DNA of 64,000 nt, from NCBI GenBank assembly GCA_963841435.1, contig CAWJCS010000003.1:224001-288000 (forward strand), read 5' to 3'. Position 1 is the first letter of the stretch, and each line of letters opens with the position of its first letter. The notes below the pieces were generated by a model, which saw only the letters and a list, made by a program, of their open reading frames with translations, was not told the DNA's origin and searched no databases. This stretch comes from an uncultured delta proteobacterium (GTDB taxonomy: Bacteria > Myxococcota_A > Polyangia > Polyangiales > Polyangiaceae). This document shows positions 32,305 through 43,560 of the stretch, one piece after another. The translations under genes were made by a program, and so were the position numbers.

Positions 32305-33855
32305 GTGCAGGGTCAGCCGCTCGGCCTCGCCGTGGCGAGCGCCAGCGTCGTCCTGGGGCTCGAAGCCCGGCCGATCCAGGTCGAGGTCTGCTCGTCGCGC
32401 GGGCCGTCCTTCTTTCAGCTCGTCGGCCTCGCCGAGGCGGCCGTGCGCGAGGCGCGCGTCAGGGTCGCGAGCTCCCTCGCGGGCCTCGACGTGCTGCTCG
32501 ACGAGTACGCCGTCACGGTCAACCTCGCCCCCGCCGATCTGCGCAAGGCGGGCGCCACGCTCAATCTCGCCATCGCCCTCGCGGTGCTCGCGGCCATCGG
32601 AAAGCTCGAGCGGAAGCGCCTCGAAGGCGTCCTTTTGCTCGGTGAGCTCGGCCTCGACGGTTCGCTGCGCCCGGTGCGCGGCCTTTTGCCGCAGCTCGAG
32701 GGCGCCCGCGGCCGCGGGATGCAGAGCGCGATCGTCCCCGCTGCGAACGCCATCGAGGCGGGCATCGCCCGCGGCATCGACGTGCGGCTCGCGAGCACCC
32801 TGACCCAGGCCGTGGCGCACCTCGAAGGCCGCGCCGAGCTCGCCGCCGCGCGCCCGACGAGCTTCGTGCCCCGTGCAGCCAAACAGAACGCCAATCTCGC
32901 CGACGTGCGCGGGCAATCGGGCGCCCGCCGCGCGCTCGAGGTCGCGGCGGCCGGCGCGCACAACCTCCTTTTCATCGGGCCTCCCGGCAGTGGCAAAACC
33001 CTGCTCGCGCGCCTGCTGCCCGGCATCTTGCCGCCACTCGAGTTCGACGAGGCCGTCGAATGCACGTCCATCCACAGCGTGGCGGGGCTCTTGCCGCCCG
33101 AGCAGGGCATCGTCACGGAGCGGCCCTTTCGCGCGCCGCACCACTCCGTGAGCGAGGCCGGCCTCGTCGGCGGCGGTGACGTGCCACGCCCCGGCGAGGT
33201 GAGCCTCGCTCATAACGGCGTGCTCTTCCTGGACGAGCTCGCCGAGTTTCGTCGTGGCGCGCTCGAGGCGCTCCGCCAGCCGCTCGAGGACGGCGTGGTG
33301 TGCATCGCGCGGGCACGGGCGCGCGCCTGGTTCCCGGCCCGGCCCGTGCTCGTCGGCGCCGTGAATCCCTGCCCCTGCGGCTACTATTCCCACCCGCGTC
33401 GCCGCTGCGTCTGCAGCGACGAAGCGCGCCGGCGCTACCGCGCCCGCCTGAGCGGCCCGCTCGTCGATCGGCTCGACATCCACGTCGCCGTACCGCCCGT
33501 CGAGGTCTCGGCGCTCACGGAAGCGCGGCACGGTGAATCGTCGGCGGACGTGCGCGCGCGCGTCGCCCGGGCCCGCGAGGTACAACGCCGCCGCGTCGAG
33601 ACGCTCGGTCTCTCGGCGCGCGTCAACTCGACCCTAAGCGGCCCCGAGCTCGAACGTGCGGCGCCGCTCGGTCGCGAAGCCCGACGCCTGCTCGAGCTCG
33701 CCGTCAACAAGCTCGGCCTCTCGGCGCGCGCCTTCGTCAAAATCCTGCGCGTCGCCCGCACCATCGCCGACCTCGAAGGCGAAGAGCGCGTCAGGCAGCC
33801 GCACGTCGCGGAGGCGATTCAGGGACGGCTGCTCGATCGGGAGGTCCCGCGGTAG
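32305..33855 (+). CDS. comM: YifB/ComM Mg-chelatase-like AAA+ ATPase (intact; start approximate)
   Basis: [66 protein letters not shown]. Confidence 0.95.
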   Translation: MQGQPLGLAVASASVVLGLEARPIQVEVCSSRGPSFFQLVGLAEAAVREARVRVASSLAGLDVLLDEYAVTVNLAPADLRKAGATLNLAIALAVLAAIGKLERKRLEGVLLLGELGLDGSLRPVRGLLPQLEGARGRGMQSAIVPAANAIEAGIARGIDVRLASTLTQAVAHLEGRAELAAARPTSFVPRAAKQNANLADVRGQSGARRALEVAAAGAHNLLFIGPPGSGKTLLARLLPGILPPLEFDEAVECTSIHSVAGLLPPEQGIVTERPFRAPHHSVSEAGLVGGGDVPRPGEVSLAHNGVLFLDELAEFRRGALEALRQPLEDGVVCIARARARAWFPARPVLVGAVNPCPCGYYSHPRRRCVCSDEARRRYRARLSGPLVDRLDIHVAVPPVEVSALTEARHGESSADVRARVARAREVQRRRVETLGLSARVNSTLSGPELERAAPLGREARRLLELAVNKLGLSARAFVKILRVARTIADLEGEERVRQPHVAEAIQGRLLDREVPR

Positions 33856-33869
33856 GGGGGCGCATCGTG

Positions 33870-34050
33870 TGCGATGGCTCGACGGCGGCGCCCGGCGAGC
33901 TCAGGCGCTGGCGCTCCAGCGGCGGCGCGCTCATGACGCGGGCGTCCCCGGGGCGGAGGGCGGCGTGCTCGCGTTCCAGCATCGCTTCGGCGGCTCCTTG
34001 AACCTCAACACGCATCTTCACGCCATCGCCCTCGACGGCGTGTTCTCGCC
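33870..34050 (+). mobile_element. IS91/ISCR-family rolling-circle transposase fragment 1
   Basis: QHRFGGSLNLNTHLHAIALDGVF (HUH motif). Confidence 0.8.
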
Positions 34051-34323
34051 ACCGGGTACGAAGCCTGCTCTCGGTCCCACCCTGGAGATCGCCTCGATCT
34101 CGGATGCGGTCGGCGTCGAGGTGTGTATTCAACCCGACGATCGGGACGCCTCGGCCAGCTTGCCGCCGGGCTCGACGTTGACCCTGGTGATCCGTTCGCG
34201 ACGGCGAAGACTCCGCCGGTTGCAGCGGGGGCGGCCGGAGGGGGGGTTAGTAGGGTCGGATCTTTCAGCCTCTACGGGCTGCCGCCCGACGGCGCGCCCC
34301 GCTGCCGGCGCGCAGCGCGAGGA

Positions 34324-34875
34324 TCACGGGCTCCTCGGAAGTGCCGCGAGGGCGTAGACCCCCTGCTGGACCTGGTACGGGCCGGCGAGCTCGCTGACGA
34401 CGGTGTCGGTGCCGAGCCAGGCGAGCTTCGCTTCGAAGTTGAGGCGGCTGCTCAGGGTGACGACCGGCGAGTCGTCCGCTGGCGCGACCCTTAGCTCTCC
34501 GCTGGCGTAAAATGCGAGCTTGCCGTCCGCAGAGGACACGGGAAAATGAGTGAAATTCGCGGCGGTGGCCAGGGTCGTCAGGCTGAAGTCGTCGAGCTTC
34601 ACGCGTTCGAGCTGGTAGTCGGAGCCGCGCTGGACGACGAAGACCGCCGACCGAACGTCCGGCGCGATGACGACCGGAAAGCTCCAGTCGAAATCCACCT
34701 CGATCAACTGCGACGCGAGTGTCTGCGTATCCCAGGCGACCAGCGAGTCAACCGCGGGATCGCCGGTCAACTCCAACATGAACAGCAAGCGCCCGTCCGG
34801 TGTCACCGCGTGGACTCCCGCCTCGAGCTCACCGAGTGAGTCGCCCGAGGCGAGGTCGTAAAGGACGGTGGTTCC
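34324..34875 (-). pseudogene. 3' fragment of a beta-propeller-like gene
   Basis: TPDGR/SADGK repeats; the 5' end is replaced by repeat copy A. Confidence 0.5.
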
Positions 34876-34892
34876 ACTCAAATTTTTTCGCT

Positions 34893-35006
34893 CACTACTC
34901 ACGAATTCCAGGCTCACTAAGAACGGGGCCCGCCGATTCTCCTCGTCCTCCCTGCTATTTCGCTCCACTACCCCCCTCCTCCCCATTGGTCTCCCTAGCC
35001 GCCGAC
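34893..35006 (+). repeat. Dispersed ~110-bp repeat, copy A (diverged)
   Basis: TCACGAATTCCAGGCTCAC identical to copies D/E, pyrimidine-rich body, ends gccgccgac. Confidence 0.75.
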
Positions 35007-35030
35007 ACCGAAACCGGGGCAGCCACGCCC

Positions 35031-35516
35031 CTACTCGGCTCGAGTGTAGTTCAGCGCGAGGTCGTCCTCCCACGCTCCACCGGCCTTCCGCATTTCACCT
35101 TTGCCGCGCATGCTCTGACCGTCCACACTGAGCGTCACGGTGAAACGTTGGGAAAGGCTCGCTGAGTCGCGCCTCCAGATAAACGCGTGGCCCGCCATAC
35201 TCGCGTCGTACCTGCGAGACACCCCGCGTTCGTCGAAGTACAACATCGAGTACCGACCCTCGGTGTCGTCCCCATCGCTGCCGAAGACGGCAACCCCGCT
35301 CGGGATCCGCGGCTCGTCGATTTCCGAGCGCATGACTAAGAACGCTCCGCCTTCTGCCCATTCAAAACGGGTTTGACCGTGAAGCGCCACGCCGGGCATG
35401 AAGGGATGGGCGCCTTCGGTTTTCCAAGTACCCACCAACGGCTCAAGCGGTTTCAGGGCTGGGTTTGGAATCAAGGCTTCTTGACCTATCGGCTTGTTCA
35501 TCGCGGCAAGATACAT
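35031..35516 (-). CDS. Hypothetical protein (DUF1579-like)
   Basis: LEPLVGTW, YFDERGVSR; apparently complete. Confidence 0.6.
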   Translation of the reverse strand: MYLAAMNKPIGQEALIPNPALKPLEPLVGTWKTEGAHPFMPGVALHGQTRFEWAEGGAFLVMRSEIDEPRIPSGVAVFGSDGDDTEGRYSMLYFDERGVSRRYDASMAGHAFIWRRDSASLSQRFTVTLSVDGQSMRGKGEMRKAGGAWEDDLALNYTRAE

Positions 35517-35605
35517 CTCTTGCCTCTGCTCGGGCCACGCCGTTCACACTGCACAATTGGCAATTCGAGGGTCTCGCTGCCTCGCGTGATCGGCTAGGTC
35601 GCTCC

Positions 35606-35815
35606 GTGACCCTGCTGAAAGCCGGCGAGACTCTTGAGCGCTATACGATAGAGGCCCTCATCGGACAGGGCGGCATGAGGTGCGTCTATCGCGCCTAGGA
35701 TCCGCGCCTCGATCGTCGCGTCGCGCTCAAGGTGATTCTCCGGGGGGGCAGCGACGGTGGCCGCGAACGCCCGCTTGTTGCGAGAGGCCCGCGCCGCGGC
35801 GGCGTTCGATCACGC
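35606..35815 (+). pseudogene. Ser/Thr kinase N-terminal fragment with a stop and a frameshift
   Basis: RYTIEALIGQGGM..VYRA*DPRLDRRVALKV...RLLREARAAA. Confidence 0.8.
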
Positions 35816-35884
35816 TGCTCGCGCCACCAGCCTGCCGAGCCCGCAGGCCACGTCACCACCGCCCGCCGCCGTCGCCCCCGCCAA

Positions 35885-36512
35885 GGGAAGGCTCATGGTC
35901 GTGTGGCCACAGAGCAACGGTGCACGCGGTGCACGCTCGTTTGACGGCAGTTGGACGAGCTGGGTGCTCAATGGGGGGTACGCCGTCGAGACGCCGGCGA
36001 TTGCGGCATCGGGCTCCGGGACGGTGCACGTGCTGATGCGCAACAACCTCGGCATGGTGTCCGCGCAGACCTTCACGGCACCGAACACCTGGTCCGCGAT
36101 CATGTCCACGGGCATGGTGACGGACACTCCGCTTTCCGCAGCGTCTTTTGGCATCGGGCGTGTCAACGTGTTCGGTCGTTTTGGGGTCACCAAGGGCCTG
36201 ACCCACGCTATCTGGAACGGCAGCTTCTGGACGACGGCGAACGATGGTGTCAACGGTCTCGCCACCGGTCCAGTCGTGATCAGCAATGCTCCGAATCGGC
36301 TGGATCTCGTCTATTACGAAGACGTGAGCGGCGTCATCACGTATCGGCACCGCCGCTGGAACGGTACCTCGTGGACCGTCCCAGGGTCGCCCACTCCGGC
36401 TGGCTCGATCACCACGGCCGTGAACGTCTACATCGCCGGCTTCGCGGATCCTCAGTTCGGGATCTTCCACACCAAGAGCGACAACTCGATTCGCGTGCGC
36501 CCGTTCTGGTGA
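35885..36512 (+). pseudogene. 3' fragment of a Trp-rich lectin/beta-propeller-like gene
   Basis: Repeated WNGxxW / DGSW motifs; no own start. Confidence 0.5.
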
Positions 36513-36715
36513 CATCTCGACCAGGGGCTCGGGGCTCTAGACTGCCAGACCTCCGCCGTCTGCACTTGAACCACGCCGCCGACCTGCGCGTGGTCCACGA
36601 GCGCGTCCGCGACGTGGACCGCCGCCAGCACCTCGGTCGCCTCCGGGCTGGTCGCAACCTGACTCGCGCTCCGAGCCTGGCCCTTCGCCCCGGAAGCCGG
36701 CTAGGATGGCCTCCC

Positions 36716-38164
36716 GTGACGCGCGATCCCTCGACCCGAGCGCCGATCCTGACGTTCGCGTTCAGCGCGGCCCTTGCTGCGGCACCGGCCTGCGGCAGCA
36801 AGGAGCAGCCGTCCGCGGCCGGACCAACCCGGGGCGCAGCGGGTGGCGTGCCGGGTGGAGCGGCGGGCGGCGGGCAGGCGAGCGTGCTCGGTGGAGCGAC
36901 CGCTGGGGGTGCGGGGCCTTCCGGCGGACAACGAGCGACCGCTGGAACGACCGGAAATGGCGCCAGCGCGGGCTCCATGAACGGAGGCTCGAGCGCGGAC
37001 AACGCGGGCGAAGCTGGCGAGCTCGGAACCGGGGGCAGCGAGAGCACAGCGGGAGGGGACGCGGGCGCCCCCGCGAGCGGCGTGGGTGGCGCCGAGAGCC
37101 CCGGTGGGTCAGGCCAGGGGGGCGCGAGCCTCGGCGGTCGCGGTGCGGCAGGCTCGTCCACGGGGAGTGGCGCCGGTTCGAGCGCTGGTACCACGACGGG
37201 AGCAGGCAAGGGTGGCGGCGCATCGGGCGCCGCCGGGACGAGCAGCGGCGACGCAGGCATGGGCAGCGGGGGCGGCGCGGGAACCGGCGCCGGCACGACC
37301 GGAGCCATCGACTACGCGTTCGTGATCACGATGGAGAACCACGACACCTCGGAGATCATCGGCAACGGCACCGACGCCCCGTACATCAACGACACGCTCC
37401 TACCGAGCTACGCTCAAAGTTCGAGCTTCACCGATCAATTCGCGCTCTCCGTCCCGAGCGAGCCACACTACATCTGGATGGAAGCCGGCACGAACGTCTT
37501 CTCTGACCACACGTTCTCGACCAACGGCGTACCGAGCGCCTCGAACAGCACGAGCGATACGAACCACCTGGTCACCCAGCTCACCACCGCGGGCATCAGC
37601 TGGATGAGCTACCAGGAAGACATCGACGCCACGGCCGGCGCGTGCCCGATCGCGGCCTCGGGCCAATACCATCCCCGTCACAATCCAGTCGTCTTCTTCC
37701 AGGATGTCGCGGGCAATCCACCGTCCAAGACGAACGCGTACTGCGCGGCTCATCACAAGAACTTCGACCTATTCGCGGCCGATCTGGCCGCGGAGACGGT
37801 CGCTCGTTACAACTTCATCACTCCCAATCTGTGCGATGACATGCATGGCAACACCGGCTGCCCGAGCGGCAACCTGATTCGCCGGGGTGACGACTGGCTC
37901 GCGGCGAACCTGCCTGGCCTCATCAGTTTCGTCACCGCCCGCGCGGGGGTGATCTTCATCGTCTGGGACGAAGGCGACGCCACGGCGACAATGCCGTTCA
38001 TCGCGGTGGGTCCAGGCGTGAAGGCGGGCTACACGGGCGGTGTCTCGTACAACCACGGCTCGCTCGTGAAATCGCTCGAGCTCATCTTCGACGTGCCGGT
38101 TTCGTCGCGCGTGAGCGCCGAGAGCGACCTCTCCGATCTCTTCAAGTCCGGGTTCTTCCCGTAG
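36716..38164 (+). CDS. Lipoprotein with Gly linker and phosphoesterase (acid phosphatase/PLC-like) domain
   Basis: PAC lipobox; VITMENH, PSEPHY, RHNP, TPNLCDDMH, WDE, NHGSL. Confidence 0.82.
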   Translation: MTRDPSTRAPILTFAFSAALAAAPACGSKEQPSAAGPTRGAAGGVPGGAAGGGQASVLGGATAGGAGPSGGQRATAGTTGNGASAGSMNGGSSADNAGEAGELGTGGSESTAGGDAGAPASGVGGAESPGGSGQGGASLGGRGAAGSSTGSGAGSSAGTTTGAGKGGGASGAAGTSSGDAGMGSGGGAGTGAGTTGAIDYAFVITMENHDTSEIIGNGTDAPYINDTLLPSYAQSSSFTDQFALSVPSEPHYIWMEAGTNVFSDHTFSTNGVPSASNSTSDTNHLVTQLTTAGISWMSYQEDIDATAGACPIAASGQYHPRHNPVVFFQDVAGNPPSKTNAYCAAHHKNFDLFAADLAAETVARYNFITPNLCDDMHGNTGCPSGNLIRRGDDWLAANLPGLISFVTARAGVIFIVWDEGDATATMPFIAVGPGVKAGYTGGVSYNHGSLVKSLELIFDVPVSSRVSAESDLSDLFKSGFFP

Positions 38165-38194
38165 CCGTCCTCGGCGAGTCTCGGAGGCGCCGCC

Positions 38195-38449
38195 TCACGG
38201 CAGGTCGACGCTGACGATGCCGGTGAAGGCGCCGCCGCCGGCCAGGAGCGGCTCGGGCTCGGAGCCGTCGAGCCGGACGCGACCCACGTCTCCGACGGCG
38301 CTCGTGTAGTAGACGAAACCACGTGCGTGATCGAGGGCGAGGCCGATCGCCTCACGCACACCGGAGACGAGGATCTCGCCGCGGGGCGCTCCCTCCGGAC
38401 GCTCATGTTCGACGGCAACCTGTCGCTTGGCGCCCGCTATCAGCTGCAC
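38195..38449 (-). pseudogene. C-terminal fragment of a YWTD-like repeat protein
   Basis: IGLALD...VYYT...V.LDGS. Confidence 0.4.
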
Positions 38450-38755
38450 GGCTTTTTCACAGGGGCCGCCTACAGTCCTGCCGTGGTTGGCGCTGAAGGG
38501 AGAAACTGGCGGCCGCCTCGCCAGCGCCCGGGTCGAATTCGGCTGTCAGCCGCCTGACGCATCGCGCGGCGGCGTTTACGGGGCCGCGACGACGCGCTGG
38601 TTCCGGGACGACCAGGTCTTTACCTTCGTGCTCGGCTACGAGCTCGTCTATCAGAAGGTGTGGGCGCCCCGAGCGCTTGGGCTTCGTGGGCTCGGAAACG
38701 GTGGGCACATTCTGATAGAGCGCGTGGATGGCTGCCTGACGCCAGAGACGCGACG

Positions 38756-39992
38756 CTAGTTACTCTGACAAGAGTACCGGCCGCAGCAGTAGGCGGCGCC
38801 GCAGGTGTCGTCCTGCTGACAGAACTGGCTGGCGCAGTCGTCGGCTTCCGAGCAGGGGGCCCCCGCTGCGCGTGGCTTGCCGCACGTGCCGAGCACCGGT
38901 GAGCTCGGATCGCTGCTCGTGGCCCCGGGCGCGGGATCGAGGCACACGAGGCCGGGCGCGCAGCTGACGAGGGCAAGAAGGTTGAACCGGGCTACACGCT
39001 GCGCCTTCCGAGCCGTCGCCGGCACGGTGGCACGTACCGCTCGTGCAGGCGTAGCCGGCGAGCAGATCGCAGAACTCCGTGAGCTTGTCGCAGGCGGCCC
39101 CCTCGTGCCCCGCGAAAGACGGGGTGCGGCAGCGGCCGTCAGTGCAGTACTGGTCCCCCGCGCACACGTCGCCGACGCTGCACGCGCCGTTCGCTGCAGC
39201 CGGCGCCTTGCAGACTCCGGTGCTGGCGGCTTGATCCGCCAGGGCGCAGAACGCGCCGACGGCGCACGGCACGATCGTGGTGGCGCCGTACGTGTCCCAG
39301 GTGCACGACTGGCCAAGCGCGGCCGGCGACTGAAACGTGATCCGCTGGCACGTGCTCGCGGTGTCTCCGTACACGCAGCGCACGATGCCATCGTGGTCGT
39401 CGCACTCGTCCGAGGACTTGCAGGTGGCGCCGACGGGCGTCCGTGCCGTGCAAATTCCCGGGCAGGTCGCGCCGGCAGCGCAGCGCGCGTCGCTCGCGCA
39501 GTCCTCCGGCCGCGAGCAGGAACCACCGAGCGGCGACGAGCCACGAAATACGGCTCGGCAGGGCGCCGAGTCGAGGCTCAGCGGATGGTCAGCGTCGCAG
39601 CTCGAGAGCGCGGCGAGGCAAGCGGGCACCTGATCGAGCCGGAGCTCGATGCTGCCGGCGCGTACCTTGGCGTCGAGGTCCTGGTGCGCGGGGGCGCTGA
39701 GCGGTGATCCGTTCAGCACCTCGACGCAGCGCGCCTCCGTCCCCAGCGCGAGCCTGGCCCCGACGTTGTCGTCGTTTTCGGACGGACACTCGAACAGGTA
39801 TCGGCAGAGCGCCTCGTTCAGGGCGCGCTCGAAAGTCGGCACATCGGTGACCGTCGTCATCGGCGGCGCGCCACCCCCGCCGCCCGACCCGCCAGCAACT
39901 TCGTGCTTGGCGCTCTTCGGTCCGCACGCCACCGCGCCGAGCAACACGACGCACGCCACACTCACCGCCACCGTCAGACCACGCTGCACCAT
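38756..39992 (-). pseudogene. Secreted Cys-rich lipoprotein, frameshifted near 38985
   Basis: AVAC lipobox; the Cys pattern continues in the adjacent frame (LVSCAPGLVC...YSCQSN*). Confidence 0.75.
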
Positions 39993-40169
39993 GCGGCCTC
40001 AGAGTAGCGCAGATCGTCCCGAACCTCACCGTTCGCCCGTGGCGCACGCGGTGCTATCGGCGCAGTGTGGCACGCAGACGTTGGCGTTTCCCGACTCCTC
40101 CACCGGCAGCGGTCATCCCCGCAGCGGCGGCGTTGCCCGCGTCACCAGCGGCGGCCACTATAGCGGAGC

Positions 40170-40280
40170 CACCACATCGCCAATTCCAGCATAGCTGCAA
40201 ATTGTGCCGCACTGAACCCTCGCCGCCCTCCGTCCGCTCCTCCCTGCACTACCGACAACACCCTTGCTTTTCCTGGTCGC
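40170..40280 (+). repeat. Dispersed repeat copy B (diverged)
   Basis: Starts caccacatcgccaattccag and ends ttgcttttcctggtcgc, matching both ends of copies D/E. Confidence 0.6.
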
Positions 40281-40498
40281 TCGACGACCTATGGAGTCGC
40301 ATGGGCGTCGGAAACCCACTGACCCGAGCGGCGAGCCAGACCGAAGGCGAGCAGCAGCAGCGACAGTCGAAGCAAGATTGAAACCAAGAGCGCGTGCCGT
40401 GTCGGCTCCATGGCATCTCCGTGCCAAACCACGACCAGCGCTGGGTAGGTAATCACGGCTGCCGCAGCACCCACTTCAACGAGTGGGTCACCGAGTCG

Positions 40499-41672
40499 TC
40501 AACGCAGGACAGCGAGTGCTAGAGCGGCCACCACGATACTGGCGTGGACGGGCCAGAGGGGACGTGCCCACGGGACGCCGAGCATCCGGAGAGCGCGGGG
40601 AACACGCGCGCCGTAACGGCTCACGTCACCGCCGAGCAAGCCTGGAGCGTTCTCGAGCGGCGGCGCCATCAGGTAGAGCGGGTGCCCGAGAAGGTACGCA
40701 ACGTAGACGCTTTTTCCCTCGGAGCTCAACCAACGCTTGAAATCGTCCAGCGCTGGGTCGCGTTCGTAGGCGCGGCGGGGCCGCCCCGGCCTCAGCGCGT
40801 CGGGGTGCGGCATGCCCTTGGAGACGAAGGACTCGAGCATCTCCTGGTCGTCGAGGGTCCGCATGACGACGACGTTCGTGAGCGGGTAGACCCAGCGACG
40901 GCCATGATTGGCCGACGCGTCAGTGGCGACGAAGATGCCGATGAAAGCGGCCCCGAGCAGCGCCGTCGTCACCCAGTGTTCGCGTCGTCGCAAGCGGACG
41001 AGAGCTCTGATGGCAAGAGCGAATCCGCACATCAAAACGACGTAAGCCTCGGCGTCCCGCGTCAGGGCGTGCATCGCCGCCGCCACGACCAGCGTGGCGT
41101 GAAGAGCGCGGCGGTTCGGAAAGCGCCACGCGAGCACGAAAATCGTGGCGAAGAGGACCAAGCTCGACACGCTCAGCGATTCGCTGAGAACCGCCTGATT
41201 CCATTGCTGGAACGTCCGGGGAGAGGCCGAGGGTCGCGACGGCCAGCGCCGCCAAGGGGCGGATTCGCCCATCGACGCAACATTGAAGGGCAACGGCGAG
41301 CGCTGTAAAGGCAATGGTAGAGAGCGCGGTTTGCACGAAGCAGATGGTCGCGGGCTCGAGCCCACAGAGCTTGAAAAGCAGAAGCGGGAGCACTGGTCGT
41401 CGGCCGGCCCAAAGCTCGAGCGTCGAGAGGCCGGCCTCCGCGTTGTGAAGAAAGAATTCGGTGTCGTGAAATGATTTCGGTGCGCTGCTCGTGTGAGCCG
41501 CTAGGCTCCCTGCGGCGACCGCGAGGAATGCGAGGCCCGACCAGAGGACTATGGACTTCGGTATTGGCGGGAGCGAACGGATGATTCCTGTTGCGGTCAA
41601 GCACGGTCCTGTCGTCGCTAGGAGAGGAATCGACCCAGCATTGGTACCACGGCGCCCCGCGAGCGCGTCCAC
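40499..41672 (-). pseudogene. Polytopic membrane protein (GT-C glycosyltransferase-like), frameshifted near 41210
   Basis: Multiple TM helices across two ORFs; W...LSESL motif. Confidence 0.5.
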
Positions 41673-41780
41673 AATGCGCCGCGAAGAGCACGCTCAGTGG
41701 TCCGGCCCGCAGGCTGAACGCGCCAAGATCACGTAACTCGCGATTACGTCAAGCCGGGGCGGGCTCTACCTCGGCGGAGC

Positions 41781-41801
41781 GCGTTTGAATGGCCTATCCC
41801 C
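41781..41801 (+). mobile_element. oriIS-like terminus of an IS91/ISCR element
   Basis: GCGTTTGAATGGCCTATCCCC resembles the ISCR oriIS end as I recall it (GCGTTTGAA...CCTAT.CCC). Confidence 0.6.
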
Positions 41802-41884
41802 CGATCATGAGCTCTTCTCCTCGCGTACAGGACCGTCACGTCGAGCCTTGGCGCGCAGGACGCCGCGCCGGAACGCATCGCGCG

Positions 41885-42506
41885 CGAGCCGGAGCCAGCG
41901 CACTGACGGCGCGCTCCGACTCAACGTGCACTTGCACGTGCTCGCGCTCGACGGCGTGTACGTGCGTCACCAAGGGAGCGGCGAGCTTCGTTTCCACGCG
42001 CTAACGTCGAGGACGTGGCGCGCCGGACGGCAGCTCGCATCGAGAAGATCCTCCGAGCGAGTGGGCGCACCTTCGGTCCTGAAGAGGACGACGCTCTGCC
42101 GCCGGAGCTGACGCTCGATGAGCCCGGGCTCGCCGCTTGCTACGCCGCTGCCGCGAAGGGCATTTCGGTCAGCGGCGACCGAGCGGGCCTGCCCACGCTC
42201 AGACTCGTCTTGCCGCCCGAGCGGCCACCTCGCGGCGCTGACACCGGCCCTCTCGCTGATGAGCCCGTCGCTGAGGTGCGCGGCATCAACGTGCACGCTC
42301 GGCAACTCGTGGACGGCCGCGATCGGCGACAACTCGAGCGGCTGTGCCGCTACATCACGCGGCCTCCCGTTGCGCAGGAGCGCCTCGAGCGGCTCGCCGA
42401 CGGCCGGCTCGAGCGCAGGCTCAAGCACGCGGTGGAAGGACGGCACGCGCGCCCTCGTCCTCGAGCCCGACGACTTGATGGTCCGGCTAGTCGCCGCGGT
42501 GCCCCG
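41885..42506 (+). mobile_element. IS91/ISCR-family transposase fragment 2 (degenerate)
   Basis: LRLNVHLHVLALDGVY, GINVHA, LERLCRYITRPP, WKDGT, LMVRLVAAVP; several frameshifts. Confidence 0.9.
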
Positions 42507-43079
42507 CTGCGCGCGGCTTGCCGCACGTGCCGAGCACCGGTGAGCTCGGATCGCTGCTCGTGGCCCCGGGCGCGGGCTCGAGGCACACGAGGCCGGGCGC
42601 GCAGCTGACGAGGGCAAGAAGGTCGAACCGGGCTACACGCTGCGCCTTCCGAGCCGTCGCCGGCACGGTGGCACGTACCGCTCGTGCAGGCGTAGCCGGC
42701 GAGCAGATCGCAGAACTCCGTGAGCTTGTCGCAGGCGGCCCCCTCGTGCCCCGCGAAAGACGGGGTGCGGCAGCGGCCGTCAGTGCAGTACTGGTCCCCC
42801 GCGCACACGTCGCCGACGCTGCACGCGCCGTTCGCTGCAGCCGGCGCGTTGCAGACTCCGGTGCTGGCGGCTTGATCCGCCAGGGCGCAGAACGCGCCGA
42901 CGGCGCACGGCACGATCGTGGTGGCGCCGTACGTGTCCCAGGTGCACGACTGGCCAAGCGCGGCCGGCGACTGAAACGTGATCCGCTGGCACGTGCTCGC
43001 GGGTCTCCGTACACGCAGCGCACGATGCCATCGTAGTCGTCGCACTCGTCCGAGGACTCGCAGGCGGCGCCGACGGGCG
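42502..43079 (-). repeat. Direct duplicate of 38861..39439 (part of the Cys-rich gene)
   Basis: ~578 bp with about 8 differences by eye. Confidence 0.95.
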
Positions 43080-43140
43080 GCCCCGTCCTTCGGCTTCTTC
43101 CGCGCGGCCCCCTGGTGACAGCGGAGCACATGCGGGGGCC

Positions 43141-43560
43141 TCAGCCAGCCCGGCGCTGTATCCATCCCTCAATGGCGTCTGCAAAGTCGCTGAAGTCGGC
43201 AAGCCGTGTTTGCAGCAGCTCTCGGACACGTTTCGGGTCAACTTCGGCGTACTCGTTCACGAGTAGATTCCTGAATCCAGCAAGGCCCCGCAGGCGATTG
43301 GCCAGGTCGTCGCCAATGACGCCGTACCTCGTGAGCTCCGACGGTACGTCTGCGTAGTCCTTCGGTCGCGCAGCGAACGCGCCGGCAAGCACGTGGTTGC
43401 CGACGTCGAAGAGCGCCTGTGCCGCCAGTTGCAGCCCGCGCTCGAGCGCCCATTCATCCCAGTCGTCGTTGAGCTCCTTCTGCGACGCCGCTCGAAGCCT
43501 CATCACGGTGCTGCGAAGCAGCGCGAGCCGCTCCGCCAACGCCTCCTCACGCAGAACCAC
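43141..43560 (-). CDS. hepT: HepT/DUF86 HEPN toxin of a type VII TA system, catalytic His replaced by Asn
   Basis: [17 protein letters not shown] (canonical RNxxVHxY); overlaps mntA. Confidence 0.85.
   Translation of the reverse strand: MVLREEALAERLALLRSTVMRLRAASQKELNDDWDEWALERGLQLAAQALFDVGNHVLAGAFAARPKDYADVPSELTRYGVIGDDLANRLRGLAGFRNLLVNEYAEVDPKRVRELLQTRLADFSDFADAIEGWIQRRAG

Noticed and set aside
35951-38164. 737-aa ORF as a single protein
   Set aside because: The first ~255 codons are off-frame read-through of other fragments; the lipoprotein signal begins at 36716.
38861-43079. Diversity-generating retroelement TR/VR pair
   Set aside because: The few differences are not adenine-specific, and there is no reverse transcriptase in the window.
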